From: an uncultured Acidobacteriota bacterium
Lineage (GTDB): Bacteria; Acidobacteriota; Thermoanaerobaculia; UBA5066
Assembly (NCBI GenBank): GCA_963721385.1
Contig: CAVRJB010000008.1
Coordinates: 42,074 to 106,073, forward strand
Direction of reading: 5' to 3'
DNA: 64,000 nucleotides
The position numbers were made by a program, and so were the translations under genes. Numbering within the stretch: the stretch's first letter is position 1; every line of letters starts with the position of its first letter. The notes under the pieces are model-generated. The model did not search any database, had not been told where the DNA came from, and saw only the letters and a list, made by a program, of their open reading frames with translations. Shown piece after piece: positions 1 through 10,119 of the stretch.

Positions 1-259
1 GACGCCGTTCATCGTCGGGAGCCGCGTGAAGCTCCACCCGTTGGCGGTCCTCCTGGCGTTTCTCTTCTGGGGAATCCTCTGGGGCGTGCCCGGCGCGATC
101 CTCGCGGTCCCTCTGACGGCGACGCTCAAGGTCGTGGCGGAGCGGTTCGACCGCTTCGCGCCGTTCGCCGCGCTTCTCGGCGAGCGGACGCCCGACCCCG
201 AGCCGAAGGAAGACCTCGAGGCGGCCATCGCGGGGCCCGCCCCGTCGCCGAAGCGCTGA
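1..259 (+). CDS. AI-2E family transporter (PerM/YdiK-like), C-terminal fragment; 5' end lies outside the window
   Basis: Frame of ORF 26..259 is open back to position 1. C-terminal motif LWGVPGAILAVPLTATLKVV is typical of UPF0118/AI-2E permeases. Confidence 0.55.
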   Translation, partial: TPFIVGSRVKLHPLAVLLAFLFWGILWGVPGAILAVPLTATLKVVAERFDRFAPFAALLGERTPDPEPKEDLEAAIAGPAPSPKR

Positions 260-266
260 GGCGCCC

Positions 267-1169
267 CTAGGACAGGTTCCGGCGCCGGACGGCGATGCCG
301 CCGCCGAGGAGGCCGGCCGCGAGCCCTCCCGCCACGAGGAGCGCCGCCGTCGAGGGAGGCAGGAAGCGGAGCCCGAGGAGTCCGGCGACGTTCTCCTGCG
401 CGCGAGAGCTCCACCAGACGAGGGCCCGGAACGCGAGCGCGAGAAACCCGAGCGCGAGGACTCCGCCGAAGAGCCCCTGCACGAGTCCGCCGAGGAGGAA
501 CGGGCCGCGGATCAGGAACTCCGGCGCGCCCACGAGCCGCAGGATCTCGATCTCGTCGCGGTGGAGGAGGATCGTGAGGCGGACGACGTTTGCGATCGTG
601 AAGGCGGCGCCGAGAACGAGGATCACGGCGAGCGCCGTCCCGCCCGTCCGGACGACCGCGACCACCCCGCGGAGGCGGCGGATCCACTCGACATCGAACT
701 GGACCTCCTCGGCCGCCGCGTGCGACGCGAGGTTCTTCAGGAAACCGGGGAGCGCCTCGGACCGGACCGCGTCGGGGAGGAGGTCGAACTCCAGCGACTC
801 GGGGAAGGGATTTGTCGTCATCCCCCCCGCGGCCGGCGCCAGCGAGCGCCACCAGGACGAGAAGCGTGCCCGCGCTTCCTCCGGGGTGACGTGGCGGACT
901 GCGCCGACGAGGCGCGAGTCGCGAGCAAGGCGCGCGAGATCCTCCCGGGCCTCGGCGGTCGCGCCGGGCCTCAGGAAGACCGTCACCGACGTCTCGCCCC
1001 GCACGGTCTCGACGAGGCCCCGGAGGTTCTCGGCGACGAGCAGAAAGACGCCGACGAGGAAGATCGAGACGGCGATCGTCAGGACCGACATCGTCGTCAT
1101 CCGCCGCGCGCGGACGAGGCCCGCGCCCGCCTCCTCGACGAGCGCGGCGAGGGAGGCCGCGGCGTTCAC
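267..1169 (-). CDS. ftsX: cell division permease FtsX
   Basis: 300 aa with a cytoplasmic N-terminus, a periplasmic loop and three C-terminal TM helices. It sits directly downstream of ftsE with a 4-nt overlap. Confidence 0.85.
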   Translation of the reverse strand: MNAAASLAALVEEAGAGLVRARRMTTMSVLTIAVSIFLVGVFLLVAENLRGLVETVRGETSVTVFLRPGATAEAREDLARLARDSRLVGAVRHVTPEEARARFSSWWRSLAPAAGGMTTNPFPESLEFDLLPDAVRSEALPGFLKNLASHAAAEEVQFDVEWIRRLRGVVAVVRTGGTALAVILVLGAAFTIANVVRLTILLHRDEIEILRLVGAPEFLIRGPFLLGGLVQGLFGGVLALGFLALAFRALVWWSSRAQENVAGLLGLRFLPPSTAALLVAGGLAAGLLGGGIAVRRRNLS

Positions 1170-1888
1170 GTCCGGTCCGCCTCGCCTGTCTCCGGGCGCT
1201 TCGCGGCGGCCTGCGGCGGGAGAGCGGCCTCGACGAGCCCCTCGACGATCCGCCCGCGGTCGAGCGTCAGGCAGCGGCGCGCCGACCGGCGGACCAGGTC
1301 CTGGTCGTGCGTCGCGACGACCACCGTCGTCCCGCGAATGTTGATCTCGGCGATCAGCTTCATGACCTCGCCCGCGAGGCGGTGGTCGAGGTTGCCGGTC
1401 GGCTCGTCGGCCACGAGGAGCGTCGGGTCGTGGACGAGGGCCCGCGCCAGCGCGACGCGCTGCTGCTCGCCTCCCGACAGCTCCTCCGGAAGCGCTCCGA
1501 GCCGGTGGTGGAGCTCGACGAGCCGCAGCACCTGGTAGGCGCGCCGGCGGCGCTCGGCCGCCGGGACGCCGAGAAACTTCTGCACGTACGTGACGTTTTC
1601 GAGGACGGTCCGCGTCGGGAGGAGCTTGTAGTCCTGGAAAACGATCCCGATCGACCGGCGGAGCGCGGGGACCCGCGACCCGGACATGGCCGACACGTTC
1701 ATGCCGTTGACGATGATCTGGCCGTCGTTCGGCCGTTCCGCCCTGAAGACGAGGCGGAGAAGCGTCGTTTTCCCCGCGCCAGAGGGCCCGGTCAGGAAAA
1801 CGAATTCCCCCTTCTTCACCTGGAACGTCACGTCCTTCAGGACGCGGCGCCCCTGGTACTCCTTGGCGACGCGGTAGAACTCGATCAC
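1166..1888 (-). CDS. ftsE: cell division ATP-binding protein FtsE
   Basis: Walker A GPSGAGKTT, ABC signature LSGGEQQRVALARAL and Walker B LLVADEPT. Operon with ftsX. Confidence 0.9.
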   Translation of the reverse strand: MIEFYRVAKEYQGRRVLKDVTFQVKKGEFVFLTGPSGAGKTTLLRLVFRAERPNDGQIIVNGMNVSAMSGSRVPALRRSIGIVFQDYKLLPTRTVLENVTYVQKFLGVPAAERRRRAYQVLRLVELHHRLGALPEELSGGEQQRVALARALVHDPTLLVADEPTGNLDHRLAGEVMKLIAEINIRGTTVVVATHDQDLVRRSARRCLTLDRGRIVEGLVEAALPPQAAAKRPETGEADRT

Positions 1889-3348
1889 GAGGGCTTCTCG
1901 AGCGCTTCCTTGAGGAGCCGGTTGACGACGGCGGGGCTCGCCTTACCCCCTGTCGCCTTCATCACCTGCCCGACGAACCACCCGAACGCCGCAGCCTTTC
2001 CGGCGCGGTACGTCTCCACCTGCTGCGGGTTCGCGGCGAGGATCCTCCCGAGGACCTCGAGGATCGGCCCCTCGTCGACGATCTGGACGAGGCCCCGCTC
2101 TTTCACGACGGCGTCGGCCTCCTTCCCTGTCGCGATCATCTCCGGGAGGACCTCCTTCGCGATCTTCCCGGAGATCGTGTCGCCGTCGATGAGGGCCACG
2201 AGCCGAGCGAGGGACGCGGGCGCGAGCGGCACGCGCCCGGCCTGCTTCTCGGCGTCGGTCATCCTGCCGAGAAGGTCCGAGAGGAGCCAGTTCGCGATTC
2301 CCTTCGGGTTCGCCGGGTGACCGGCGACGGCGGCTTCGTACCAGTCGGCGAGCGGGCGGGAGAGGCAGACCAGGTCGGCGTCGCCGGGCGGGAGCCCGAG
2401 CGACGCCTCGAGCCGCTTCGCCCGCGCCTCCGGCAGCTCCGGAAGCGCCGCCTCGACCTCGCGCCGCCACGCGGCGTCGACGACGAGCGTCCCGAGATCG
2501 GGCTCCGGGAAGTAGCGGTAGTCCATCGCCTCTTCCTTCCCGCGCATCGGCTTCGTCGCGCCGGCGGCCGGGTCCCAGAGGCGCGTCTCCTGGACGATCG
2601 TCCCGCCGGCGGAAAGAGCGGCCACCTGCCGCCCGATCTCGTGCTCGAGCGCCTTCTTCACGTGGGCGATCGAGTTCAGGTTCTTGATCTCCACTTTCGT
2701 CCCGAGCGCCTCCGCGCCCGCCGGGCGGACGGAGACGTTCGCGTCGCAGCGGAGCGACCCCTCCTCCATGTTCCCGTCCGAGGCGTCGACCCACCGGACG
2801 AGCCGGCGGACCTTCACGAGGTAGTCGTAGGCCTCGTCGGCGGAGCGGAGGTCGGGCTCCGAGACGATCTCGATGAGCGGCGTTCCGGCGCGGTTCAGGT
2901 CGACGAGCGAAACACCGGTCGGCACGTCGTCCCACGGAAAATCGTGCATCGACTTCCCGGCGTCCTCCTCGAGGTGGATCCGGTGAAGGCGGATGCGGCG
3001 CGCGGCGCTCCCCGCGAGGACCTCCACGACGCCGCCCGTCGCGAGCGGCCGGTCGTACTGCGAGATCTGGTAGCCCTTCGGCAGGTCCGGGTAGAAGTAG
3101 TTCTTCCGCGCGAAGATCGAACGCTCCTGGACGGAGCCGCCGGTCGCGAGGGCGACCCGCATCGCGAGGGTCACCATCTCGCGGTTCATCACGGGAAGGA
3201 CGCCCGGATACCCGAGACAGACCGGGCAGACCGCGGTGTTCGGCGCCGCCCCGAAGACGACCGGGCAGGAGCAGAACGCCTTGCTCTTCGTCCTGAGCTG
3301 GCAGTGGACCTCGAGCCCGATGACGGGCTCGAACAGGGCGGGCGGCAT
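1885..3348 (-). CDS. gatB: Asp-tRNA(Asn)/Glu-tRNA(Gln) amidotransferase subunit B
   Basis: 487 aa. N-terminal GLEVHCQL..CSCP..CPVCLGYPG motif and C-terminal GatB/YqeY domain are diagnostic. Confidence 0.95.
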   Translation of the reverse strand: MPPALFEPVIGLEVHCQLRTKSKAFCSCPVVFGAAPNTAVCPVCLGYPGVLPVMNREMVTLAMRVALATGGSVQERSIFARKNYFYPDLPKGYQISQYDRPLATGGVVEVLAGSAARRIRLHRIHLEEDAGKSMHDFPWDDVPTGVSLVDLNRAGTPLIEIVSEPDLRSADEAYDYLVKVRRLVRWVDASDGNMEEGSLRCDANVSVRPAGAEALGTKVEIKNLNSIAHVKKALEHEIGRQVAALSAGGTIVQETRLWDPAAGATKPMRGKEEAMDYRYFPEPDLGTLVVDAAWRREVEAALPELPEARAKRLEASLGLPPGDADLVCLSRPLADWYEAAVAGHPANPKGIANWLLSDLLGRMTDAEKQAGRVPLAPASLARLVALIDGDTISGKIAKEVLPEMIATGKEADAVVKERGLVQIVDEGPILEVLGRILAANPQQVETYRAGKAAAFGWFVGQVMKATGGKASPAVVNRLLKEALEKPS

Positions 3349-3366
3349 CCGGAGAAGTCTAGCGAA

Positions 3367-4764
3367 TCAACCCGGGAGGACTTTCCCGGGATTCAGGATC
3401 CCACGCGGGTCGAGAGCGGTCTTGACGGCCCGCATCGCGTCGAGGAACGCGGCATCGCGCCGGAGCGGCAGGAGGTTCCTCAGGATCACGCCGACGCCGT
3501 GCTCCCCGGTGATGGTCCCGCCGAGCCGCACGGCCTCGGCGTAGATCCCGTGGACCGCGCCCTCGAAGACCGCCGAGCTCGCCTCGCCGTGCCCTTCGCG
3601 GAGGAGCCGGACGTGGACGTTTCCGTCGGCGGCGTGGCCGTAACAGAACGGGTGCAGCTCCGCCGCCTGCGCGATCCGGCGAACGCCGAGGACGAGCGCG
3701 ACCAGCTCGGAGCGCGGGACCGCGACGTCGATCTCGACCGAGACGCCGACGTCGTGGATCGCCTCGGCGATGCCGCGCCGGACGTCCCAGAGGGTCCTCC
3801 GCTTCGCCTCGTCCGTCGCGAGGGCGACGTCGAGCGCGCCCCCCTCGAGGAGGATCTCCCCCGCCCGCGTCACGTCCCGCTCGACCTCGCCGTCCGAGGC
3901 GCCGTCGAAGTCGAGGAGGAGCCGCGCCTCGGCCTGGGGATACGGCACGCCGACCCCCTTCTTCCGCGACGAGACCTCGACGCTCGGGCGGTCGATCATC
4001 TCGCAGGCCGACGGGACGAGCCCGCGCCGGTGGATCTCGAGGACGGCTCCCGCGGCCTTCTCGAGCGATCCGAACGGCGCGAGGACCGTGGCCCACGCGG
4101 CCGGCTTCGCGATGAGGCGGAGCCACGCCGCCGTGACGACGGCGAGAGTTCCCTCGCTCCCGACGAGGAGCGAGGTCAGGTCGTAGCCCGCCACGTCCTT
4201 CCGGGTCTTGCCGCCGGTCACCGTGACGCGCCCGTCGGCGAAGACGGCTTCGAGCCCGAGCACCCACTTCCCCGTCACGCCGTACTTGGCCGCGTGAGGG
4301 CCGCCGGCGTTCTCGGCGACGTTTCCGCCGATCAGGCACGAGCCGCGCGAGGAGGGGTCGGGCGGGTAATAGAGGCCGATCTCCTCCACCGCCTCCTGCA
4401 GCGTCTGCGTGACGACCCCCGCCTCGGCGATCGCCACGAAGTTCGCGGGGTCGATCTCGCGGATCGCGTTCAGGCGCTCGAGCGACAGTGCGACGCCGCC
4501 GTGGACGGCGAGGGCCCCGCCCGACATCCCGGTCCGCCCGCCCTGCGGCGTCACCGGGATCCGCCGCTCGTGACAGAGGGCGAGAAGCCGGGAGACCTCC
4601 GCCGTCGTGCCCGGCTTCACGACGGCCGCGGGGACGTGGACGAGGTCGCGTGTCCAGTCCTTCGCATAGGCCGAAAGGTCCTCGCCGCCGGCCAGGACGT
4701 GCCGTGAACCGACGACGCCGGCGAGCGCGGAAATCTCCCCGGGGGTCAGCTCGCGCCGGGCCAT
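3367..4764 (-). CDS. FAD-linked oxidase (GlcD / D-lactate dehydrogenase family)
   Basis: 465 aa with an FAD-binding PCMH domain (PQGGRTG...GG) and a C-terminal FAD-oxidase domain (HAGDGNLH-like HAADGNVHV). Confidence 0.8.
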   Translation of the reverse strand: MARRELTPGEISALAGVVGSRHVLAGGEDLSAYAKDWTRDLVHVPAAVVKPGTTAEVSRLLALCHERRIPVTPQGGRTGMSGGALAVHGGVALSLERLNAIREIDPANFVAIAEAGVVTQTLQEAVEEIGLYYPPDPSSRGSCLIGGNVAENAGGPHAAKYGVTGKWVLGLEAVFADGRVTVTGGKTRKDVAGYDLTSLLVGSEGTLAVVTAAWLRLIAKPAAWATVLAPFGSLEKAAGAVLEIHRRGLVPSACEMIDRPSVEVSSRKKGVGVPYPQAEARLLLDFDGASDGEVERDVTRAGEILLEGGALDVALATDEAKRRTLWDVRRGIAEAIHDVGVSVEIDVAVPRSELVALVLGVRRIAQAAELHPFCYGHAADGNVHVRLLREGHGEASSAVFEGAVHGIYAEAVRLGGTITGEHGVGVILRNLLPLRRDAAFLDAMRAVKTALDPRGILNPGKVLPG

Positions 4765-4873
4765 GACCGGGATCTTAAGTTCGGAGCCGCCCTCCTACGT
4801 GGCCGAAAATAAGGCGGCCCTCTCCCGGGATGCCCCGATAGAATCGTCTCCGGACCCCGGCGAAGGAGAAACG

Positions 4874-6241
4874 ATGAGCACTTTCGTGGAGAAGGTCACG
4901 GAGGACGCCCGGCGCGACGCGGCCTCCTTTCGCAGCACGGGAATCGACGCCCTCGTCCGGCAGGCCGTTTTCGAGAGCGATGTCGCGAAGCGCGACGAAG
5001 CGCGTCACGCCATCCGGGCCGCCGCGGCGGCGTACGGCATCCTCCCCGCGTCGATTCACGACCTCTACATGGCGATCGGGCGCGGCGAGTCCGGCGGCTT
5101 CACGACCCCCGCCATCAACGTCCGGATGCTCGCGTACGACACGGCGCGCGCGATCTTCCGCGCGGCGAAGAAGCACGACGTCGGCGCGTTCATCCTCGAG
5201 ATCGCCCGCAGCGAGATGGGGTACACGGACCAGCAGCCGGGCGAGTACGCCGCCGTGACCCTCGCGGCCGCCATCCGGGAAGGGCACGACGGTCCGGTCT
5301 TCATCCAGGGCGACCACTTCCAGATCAACGCCAAGAAGTACGCGACGAACCCCGACGGCGAGCGGAAGGCCATCGAGGCCCTGATCGGCGACGCGATCCC
5401 GGCGGGCTTCTTCAACATCGACATCGACACGTCGACGCTCGTCGATCTCTCGCAGTCCACCGTCGTCGAGGAGCAGCGCCGCAACTTCGAGAACGCCGCG
5501 CACCTCACCCGCTTCATCCGGTCCCGCGAGCCGAAGGGCCTGACGATCTCCGTCGGCGGCGAGATCGGCGAGGTCGGCAAGGACGTCTCCAGCCCCGAGG
5601 AGTTCCGCGCCTTCATGAACGGCTTCAAGGCGGCGCTGCCGCCCGGGATGACGGGCGTCTCGAAGATCTCCATCAACACCGGCACCTCGCACGGCGGCGT
5701 CGTCCTCCCGGACGGCACGGTGGCCAAGGTCTCCATCGCCTTCGACTCCATGCAGGCGATCTCGAAGATCGCACGGGCCGAGTACGGCCTCGGCGGCGTC
5801 GTCCAGCACGGCGCCTCGACGCTGCCCGCCGAGATGTTCCACGAGTTCCCGAACCACGGGGCGTGCGAGGTCCACCTCGCCACCGAGTTCCAGAACATGA
5901 TCTACGAGCACCCGGCGCTGCCGAAAGAGCTCAAGGACGAGATGTACGCCTGGCTGAAGGCGAACGCCGCTGACGAGCGGAAGGCGAACGACACCGACGA
6001 ACAGTTCCTCTATCGCTCGCGGAAGAAGGCGATTGGCCCGTTCAAGAAGGCGGCCTGGAACCTGTCGGAGGCGGTCCGCGCCGAGATCGGCGCCTCGCTG
6101 CAGGCCAAGTTCGAGTACCTTTTCGGAAAGCTCCGCGTTCAGGGAACGAAGAACGCGGTCTCGCGCTTCGTGAAGCCGGTCGAGGTCGAGCGAACGGTCG
6201 CCGGCGGCAGGTTCGTCCGCGACGACGAGGCGGGAGATTAG
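4874..6241 (+). CDS. class II (zinc) ketose-bisphosphate aldolase family protein, long form
   Basis: Internal ATG preceded by AAGGAG 6 nt upstream. GDHFQ and NTGTSHGG motifs resemble the LDHG / GNVHG zinc-ligand motifs of the FBA class II family. The track ORF starts 111 nt earlier, overlapping the divergent glcD-like start. Confidence 0.55.
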   Translation: MSTFVEKVTEDARRDAASFRSTGIDALVRQAVFESDVAKRDEARHAIRAAAAAYGILPASIHDLYMAIGRGESGGFTTPAINVRMLAYDTARAIFRAAKKHDVGAFILEIARSEMGYTDQQPGEYAAVTLAAAIREGHDGPVFIQGDHFQINAKKYATNPDGERKAIEALIGDAIPAGFFNIDIDTSTLVDLSQSTVVEEQRRNFENAAHLTRFIRSREPKGLTISVGGEIGEVGKDVSSPEEFRAFMNGFKAALPPGMTGVSKISINTGTSHGGVVLPDGTVAKVSIAFDSMQAISKIARAEYGLGGVVQHGASTLPAEMFHEFPNHGACEVHLATEFQNMIYEHPALPKELKDEMYAWLKANAADERKANDTDEQFLYRSRKKAIGPFKKAAWNLSEAVRAEIGASLQAKFEYLFGKLRVQGTKNAVSRFVKPVEVERTVAGGRFVRDDEAGD

Positions 6242-6247
6242 CCTCTC

Positions 6248-7978
6248 TCAGGAGGGCGGGCGCGGACGGAAATAGATCGCCGCGTCCGCCCGAAGCGCCC
6301 GAGGCCGCCCGCCCGGAGGCCGCTCGAGCGTCTCGACCCTCTCCATCTGGCGGCCAAAGACGCGCATGAAGTCGTCCAGATAGCCTCGTCCGAAGTACGG
6401 GCGCCCGTACTCCGGAAAGGAGCGGTTGACGATGAAGGCGGCCCCGGGGCGCGTCCGGTCGAGAGCCGTGATCATCTCCTTCTCGTCTTTGGCGCCCTGC
6501 TCGCCCGGATTGAAATGCTCGAACGCGAAGGGCGTGCGGCGTTCCGCGAGGAACAGGACGACGCCGGGCTCGGGAAATCCCGCCACGTAATCTCCCGGCT
6601 TGGTGTCGCGCGACAGTCGGGTCACGAGGCCGTCGATGAGGCGCGCCTCGGCGGCGGGTAGAAGCAGGCTCCCCCGCGGAGATCGCACCCACTCGCGGGG
6701 CGTGTCGTGGAAGTCACGGACGACCCCGGCGCCGTGCCCGAGCGCCAGCCCGAGAACGAGGGCTCCGAGGGGCTTCGTCCCGCCCGTCCACCGCGCCAGA
6801 GTCGTCAGGGAGATCGTCAGGGCGAGTGGACCCGAGAACGCGCTGTAGGGGCAGTACCTCATGAGGAAGAGCGGCTGGCGGGCGAGAAACGGAACCATCG
6901 CCGCTCCCGTGGCCATCACGGCGGCGTTCGCGCCTGGATCGCGCCAGCTTTTTCGGACGATGGCCCGCACACCCTCGACCACGAAGGCCGCGCTCGCAAG
7001 CGGCACGAGCACTTGCACGGCGAGATTCGACGGCATGAGAGAAGCCGCTATCCCCGAAGCGAAGAGCAGGGGCGTGGCGAGCTGGTTCCCGAGTGAGCGT
7101 GACAGAAACAGCGCCGCGGCGAAGAGCGCCGCCGAGGGGAGGTAGAGCCGGAGGCCTTCCCAGGAGAGGAGCTGCTCCCTCGTGAGGCTGCCCAGGAGAA
7201 CGAAACGGTACAGGCCTTTCAACTCTTCCGACATATGAAAGGCCATGAGGAATCCGCGCCGGCCGAGCAGGTCGGTGTCGTACCGCGCCAGGGGGACGAG
7301 CCAGAAGAGGCTTCCGGCGGCAGCGGCCAGAAAGACCGAGACGAGCGCCTCGCGCCGCGGCCGGCGCCAGAGCAGCGCGACCCCGACGCCTCCGAGCGCC
7401 ATCGGGATCATTTCGAGCTTCGTCCCGCAGGCGAGTGCCGCCACCGCCGCGGCGAAAAGGGAGCGGCGCGGGCCGGTCGACCCGAGCGCCGCTTCGAGGG
7501 CGACGAGCGATAGGACGATCCCCTCCAGAGCGGCGACCGTATACGGAAAAGCCCACGCGCCGCCTCCCGGCTCGAAGACGCAGACGCTCACGACCAGGCA
7601 GGTCGCCGCCGCCGCGAAACCCGGCGACGGGACGAGCCGGAGCACGAGGCGGCGGAGCGCCTCGACACCCGCGAGGGCCAGGATGGCGCGCAGGGCGAAA
7701 AGCGCCTCAAGCCTATGGCCGAGGACGAGGAAGGCCATCGCGTCGAGGGTGGGCGGGACGGACCCGAACCAGTAAGCGATGTCGCGGTAAATCGCCCCCC
7801 CGAGGAAGAACCGGCTCGCGACGCCCACCTCGCGCCCGCAGTCCTGGAACGGCATGACCCAGCGCCCGTACGTCGCGGCGTACAGGACGACGAAAAAGAG
7901 GGTCGGTCCCGCGGCCGGCAGCCAACGCAACACGACGGCGAGACCGCGGCGGCCCGCGGCCGCAACCTGCTCCCTCAC
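6248..7978 (-). CDS. polytopic integral membrane protein, unknown function (possibly GT-C-type glycosyltransferase-like)
   Basis: 576 aa with about 12 predicted TM segments plus a C-terminal soluble domain. No confident family assignment from sequence alone. Confidence 0.45.
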   Translation of the reverse strand: MREQVAAAGRRGLAVVLRWLPAAGPTLFFVVLYAATYGRWVMPFQDCGREVGVASRFFLGGAIYRDIAYWFGSVPPTLDAMAFLVLGHRLEALFALRAILALAGVEALRRLVLRLVPSPGFAAAATCLVVSVCVFEPGGGAWAFPYTVAALEGIVLSLVALEAALGSTGPRRSLFAAAVAALACGTKLEMIPMALGGVGVALLWRRPRREALVSVFLAAAAGSLFWLVPLARYDTDLLGRRGFLMAFHMSEELKGLYRFVLLGSLTREQLLSWEGLRLYLPSAALFAAALFLSRSLGNQLATPLLFASGIAASLMPSNLAVQVLVPLASAAFVVEGVRAIVRKSWRDPGANAAVMATGAAMVPFLARQPLFLMRYCPYSAFSGPLALTISLTTLARWTGGTKPLGALVLGLALGHGAGVVRDFHDTPREWVRSPRGSLLLPAAEARLIDGLVTRLSRDTKPGDYVAGFPEPGVVLFLAERRTPFAFEHFNPGEQGAKDEKEMITALDRTRPGAAFIVNRSFPEYGRPYFGRGYLDDFMRVFGRQMERVETLERPPGGRPRALRADAAIYFRPRPPS

Positions 7979-7988
7979 GATCCCCGAA

Positions 7989-9005
7989 TTATCGGCGGTA
8001 GCGCTCCCGGATGGTCGGGATCAGGTACTCGCTGAAGGCCCGGGAGAGGTCGTAGCGTGTCGCGAAGCCCCAGTCGCGCCGCGCCGCCGCGTCGTCCACG
8101 TCGGCCGGCCAGGAGTCGACGATCCCCTGCCGCTTCAGGTCGGGCTCGAAGGTGATCGCCGCGCCGGGAAAGGCGTTCACGACGAGGTCGCGGATCTCGG
8201 CCGCCGACGGGTTGAACGAGCCGACGTTGTAGATCCGGCGTGACAGGCGCTCGGCCGGGGCTGCGGCCAGCTTCAGGAGCGCGTCGACGCCGTCGGGCAT
8301 CGCCATGAAGGGGATCCGGGCGTCGGGCCGGACGAAGCAGGCGTACGGCTTTCCCTGCGCGGCGGCGTGGATCATCTCGGGGGCGTAGTCCGAGGTTCCG
8401 CCCGACGGCACCGTCACGGCCGAGATGAGCCCGGGGAAGCGGACGCAGCGGAAGTCGAGCCGCGGGACCGGCTCGGCGGAGAGCTGCTTGTAGTGCCCGG
8501 AGTAGTACCGGCCGAGGTGCTCACAGTAGAGCTTGTTGCAGCCGTACATCGTCGTCGGCGCGTTGAACTCGTCCTCTTTCACCTTCCCCGCATGCGCCTT
8601 CGTCGCGAGGTCGGGCAGGCCGTAGGCCGCGATGGACGACGGGTAGATGAACGTGACCGGCCGCCCATGCGAGCAGCGCTCGGAGTAGGCGAACTCCAGG
8701 AGCAGGAGCGTCCCCTCGACGTTCACCTGGTGCGCCGTCACCGGCGTGAACTCGCTCCTCGTCGAGAGAAGCGCCGCCAGGTGGAAGATCAGGTCGATCT
8801 CGTACTCCGAGAGGATCCGCTCGAGGAGGTTTCGCTCGAGGATCGAGCCGGTGAACTGCCGTTCGACTCTCCGCCCGAGGTCCCCCTCGAGCGTTTTCAG
8901 ATCGAGCGTCACGATGGCACGGGAGCCGTCGCCCGATAGATGAGTGATCAGTCCGTGCCCGATCTCGCCGCTGGCTCCGGTGATGAGGACGACGGTTCGC
9001 CGCAT
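7989..9005 (-). CDS. NAD-dependent epimerase/dehydratase family protein (L-threonine 3-dehydrogenase-like SDR)
   Basis: Start placed at M115 of the track ORF (MRRTVVLITGASGEIGHGL, a Rossmann GxxGxxG motif), with YxxxK-type catalytic context. The upstream 114 codons are Arg/Gly-rich junk. Confidence 0.7.
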   Translation of the reverse strand: MRRTVVLITGASGEIGHGLITHLSGDGSRAIVTLDLKTLEGDLGRRVERQFTGSILERNLLERILSEYEIDLIFHLAALLSTRSEFTPVTAHQVNVEGTLLLLEFAYSERCSHGRPVTFIYPSSIAAYGLPDLATKAHAGKVKEDEFNAPTTMYGCNKLYCEHLGRYYSGHYKQLSAEPVPRLDFRCVRFPGLISAVTVPSGGTSDYAPEMIHAAAQGKPYACFVRPDARIPFMAMPDGVDALLKLAAAPAERLSRRIYNVGSFNPSAAEIRDLVVNAFPGAAITFEPDLKRQGIVDSWPADVDDAAARRDWGFATRYDLSRAFSEYLIPTIRERYRR

Positions 9006-9092
9006 GGTCGCGTCTCCTTCCGAGCGTGAGGATCTTAGACGCTGGACGGCGCCGCGGAGCCTGCCTCCTGCATCGGTATCATCCCCGCCGCC

Positions 9093-10046
9093 GTGTCCGA
9101 AAGCCCCGCCATCGTCTCGCGCCTCACGCACCTGACGTTCGGGCTCTGGTTTTCGTTCTTCCGCTGGATGGCGAGGACGTTGCCGCCCGAGTGGGTGGCC
9201 CGGCTCGCGGCGGCGACGGCCGAGCGGGCGATCTGGGAGCGGGAGAGCGTCCACGACGCCATCGCCGACAACTTCTCGGCCGTCCTCGGCCTCCCGCCTG
9301 GGGACCGCCGCGTCGAGGAGACGGGACGCGAAATGGTCTCTCGCCATTCACGGCAGTGGATCGACTTCCTTCGCTACACGGGGCGCGCGGACATCGACGT
9401 GCGCGCACTGCGCGCAAGCCGCTCCGGGGACGAGCACCTTATCGCTGCGCGGGACGCGGGGAAGGGCGCGATCCTCCTGACCGCCCACGTCGGCAACTTC
9501 GAGCTGGGCGGGCTCTTCCTCCGCGAGCTCGGCCTTTCGTGCGCGGCGGCGTACGTCCCGGACCCGTCGCCCGTCATCGAGAGGCACCGCGAGGAGGCGC
9601 GGAAAGCGCTCGGCGTCACGGGCATCCCGGTGACGTCCTCCCCCTTCGCTTTCGTACCGCTTCTACGCGCCCTCCGCGAGGGTCGCTTCGTGGCGATGCA
9701 GGGGGACCGGGACGTCTCAGGCACGGGGCGGACCCTCCCGTTCTTCGGGAGGTCGGCCTCGTTTCCGGTCGGCCCGTTCCGCCTCGCGGCCTTCTCGGGG
9801 GCGCCACTCCTTCCCGTCTTCGTGCTCCAGGAGAACGACGGCCGGTACCGGACGCTCGCCGAGGAACCGATCCGCCTCGCGCTCGCCCCGGGATCGCGTT
9901 CGGAGCCCGACGAGGGGGAGCTGGAAGCCGCCCTGGCGCACTGGGTGAGCGTTCTGTCGAGGGTCATCCGCGAGAATCCCACGCAGTGGTATCTCTTCAC
10001 CCGGTTCTGGGAGGCGCCAGACCCCGCGGAAGGCGCCTCCCTATAA
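9093..10046 (+). CDS. lysophospholipid / lipid A (Kdo2-lipid IVA) acyltransferase family protein (LpxL/HtrB-like)
   Basis: 317 aa with an N-terminal hydrophobic anchor and an HX4D-type acyltransferase motif (AHVGNFELGG). GTG start. Confidence 0.7.
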   Translation: MSESPAIVSRLTHLTFGLWFSFFRWMARTLPPEWVARLAAATAERAIWERESVHDAIADNFSAVLGLPPGDRRVEETGREMVSRHSRQWIDFLRYTGRADIDVRALRASRSGDEHLIAARDAGKGAILLTAHVGNFELGGLFLRELGLSCAAAYVPDPSPVIERHREEARKALGVTGIPVTSSPFAFVPLLRALREGRFVAMQGDRDVSGTGRTLPFFGRSASFPVGPFRLAAFSGAPLLPVFVLQENDGRYRTLAEEPIRLALAPGSRSEPDEGELEAALAHWVSVLSRVIRENPTQWYLFTRFWEAPDPAEGASL

Positions 10047-10119
10047 TCCGCGCGCGCCGCCGGACTCTCCCGCCGCCCCTCTTCGGCACGGGTGTTGCTG
10101 ACGCCGCGGAGCCCGCGCC

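Noticed and set aside
2317-4707. 796-aa + strand ORF, and similar giant ORFs (23612-25663 at 683 aa, 38322-41807 at 1161 aa, 55012-56934 at 640 aa, 61783-63552 at 589 aa, 29762-32089 at 775 aa)
   Set aside because: They are antisense or upstream extensions of real genes with low-complexity R/G/P/A-rich composition and no domain signatures. Real genes were placed using internal starts, RBS context and stop/start coupling.
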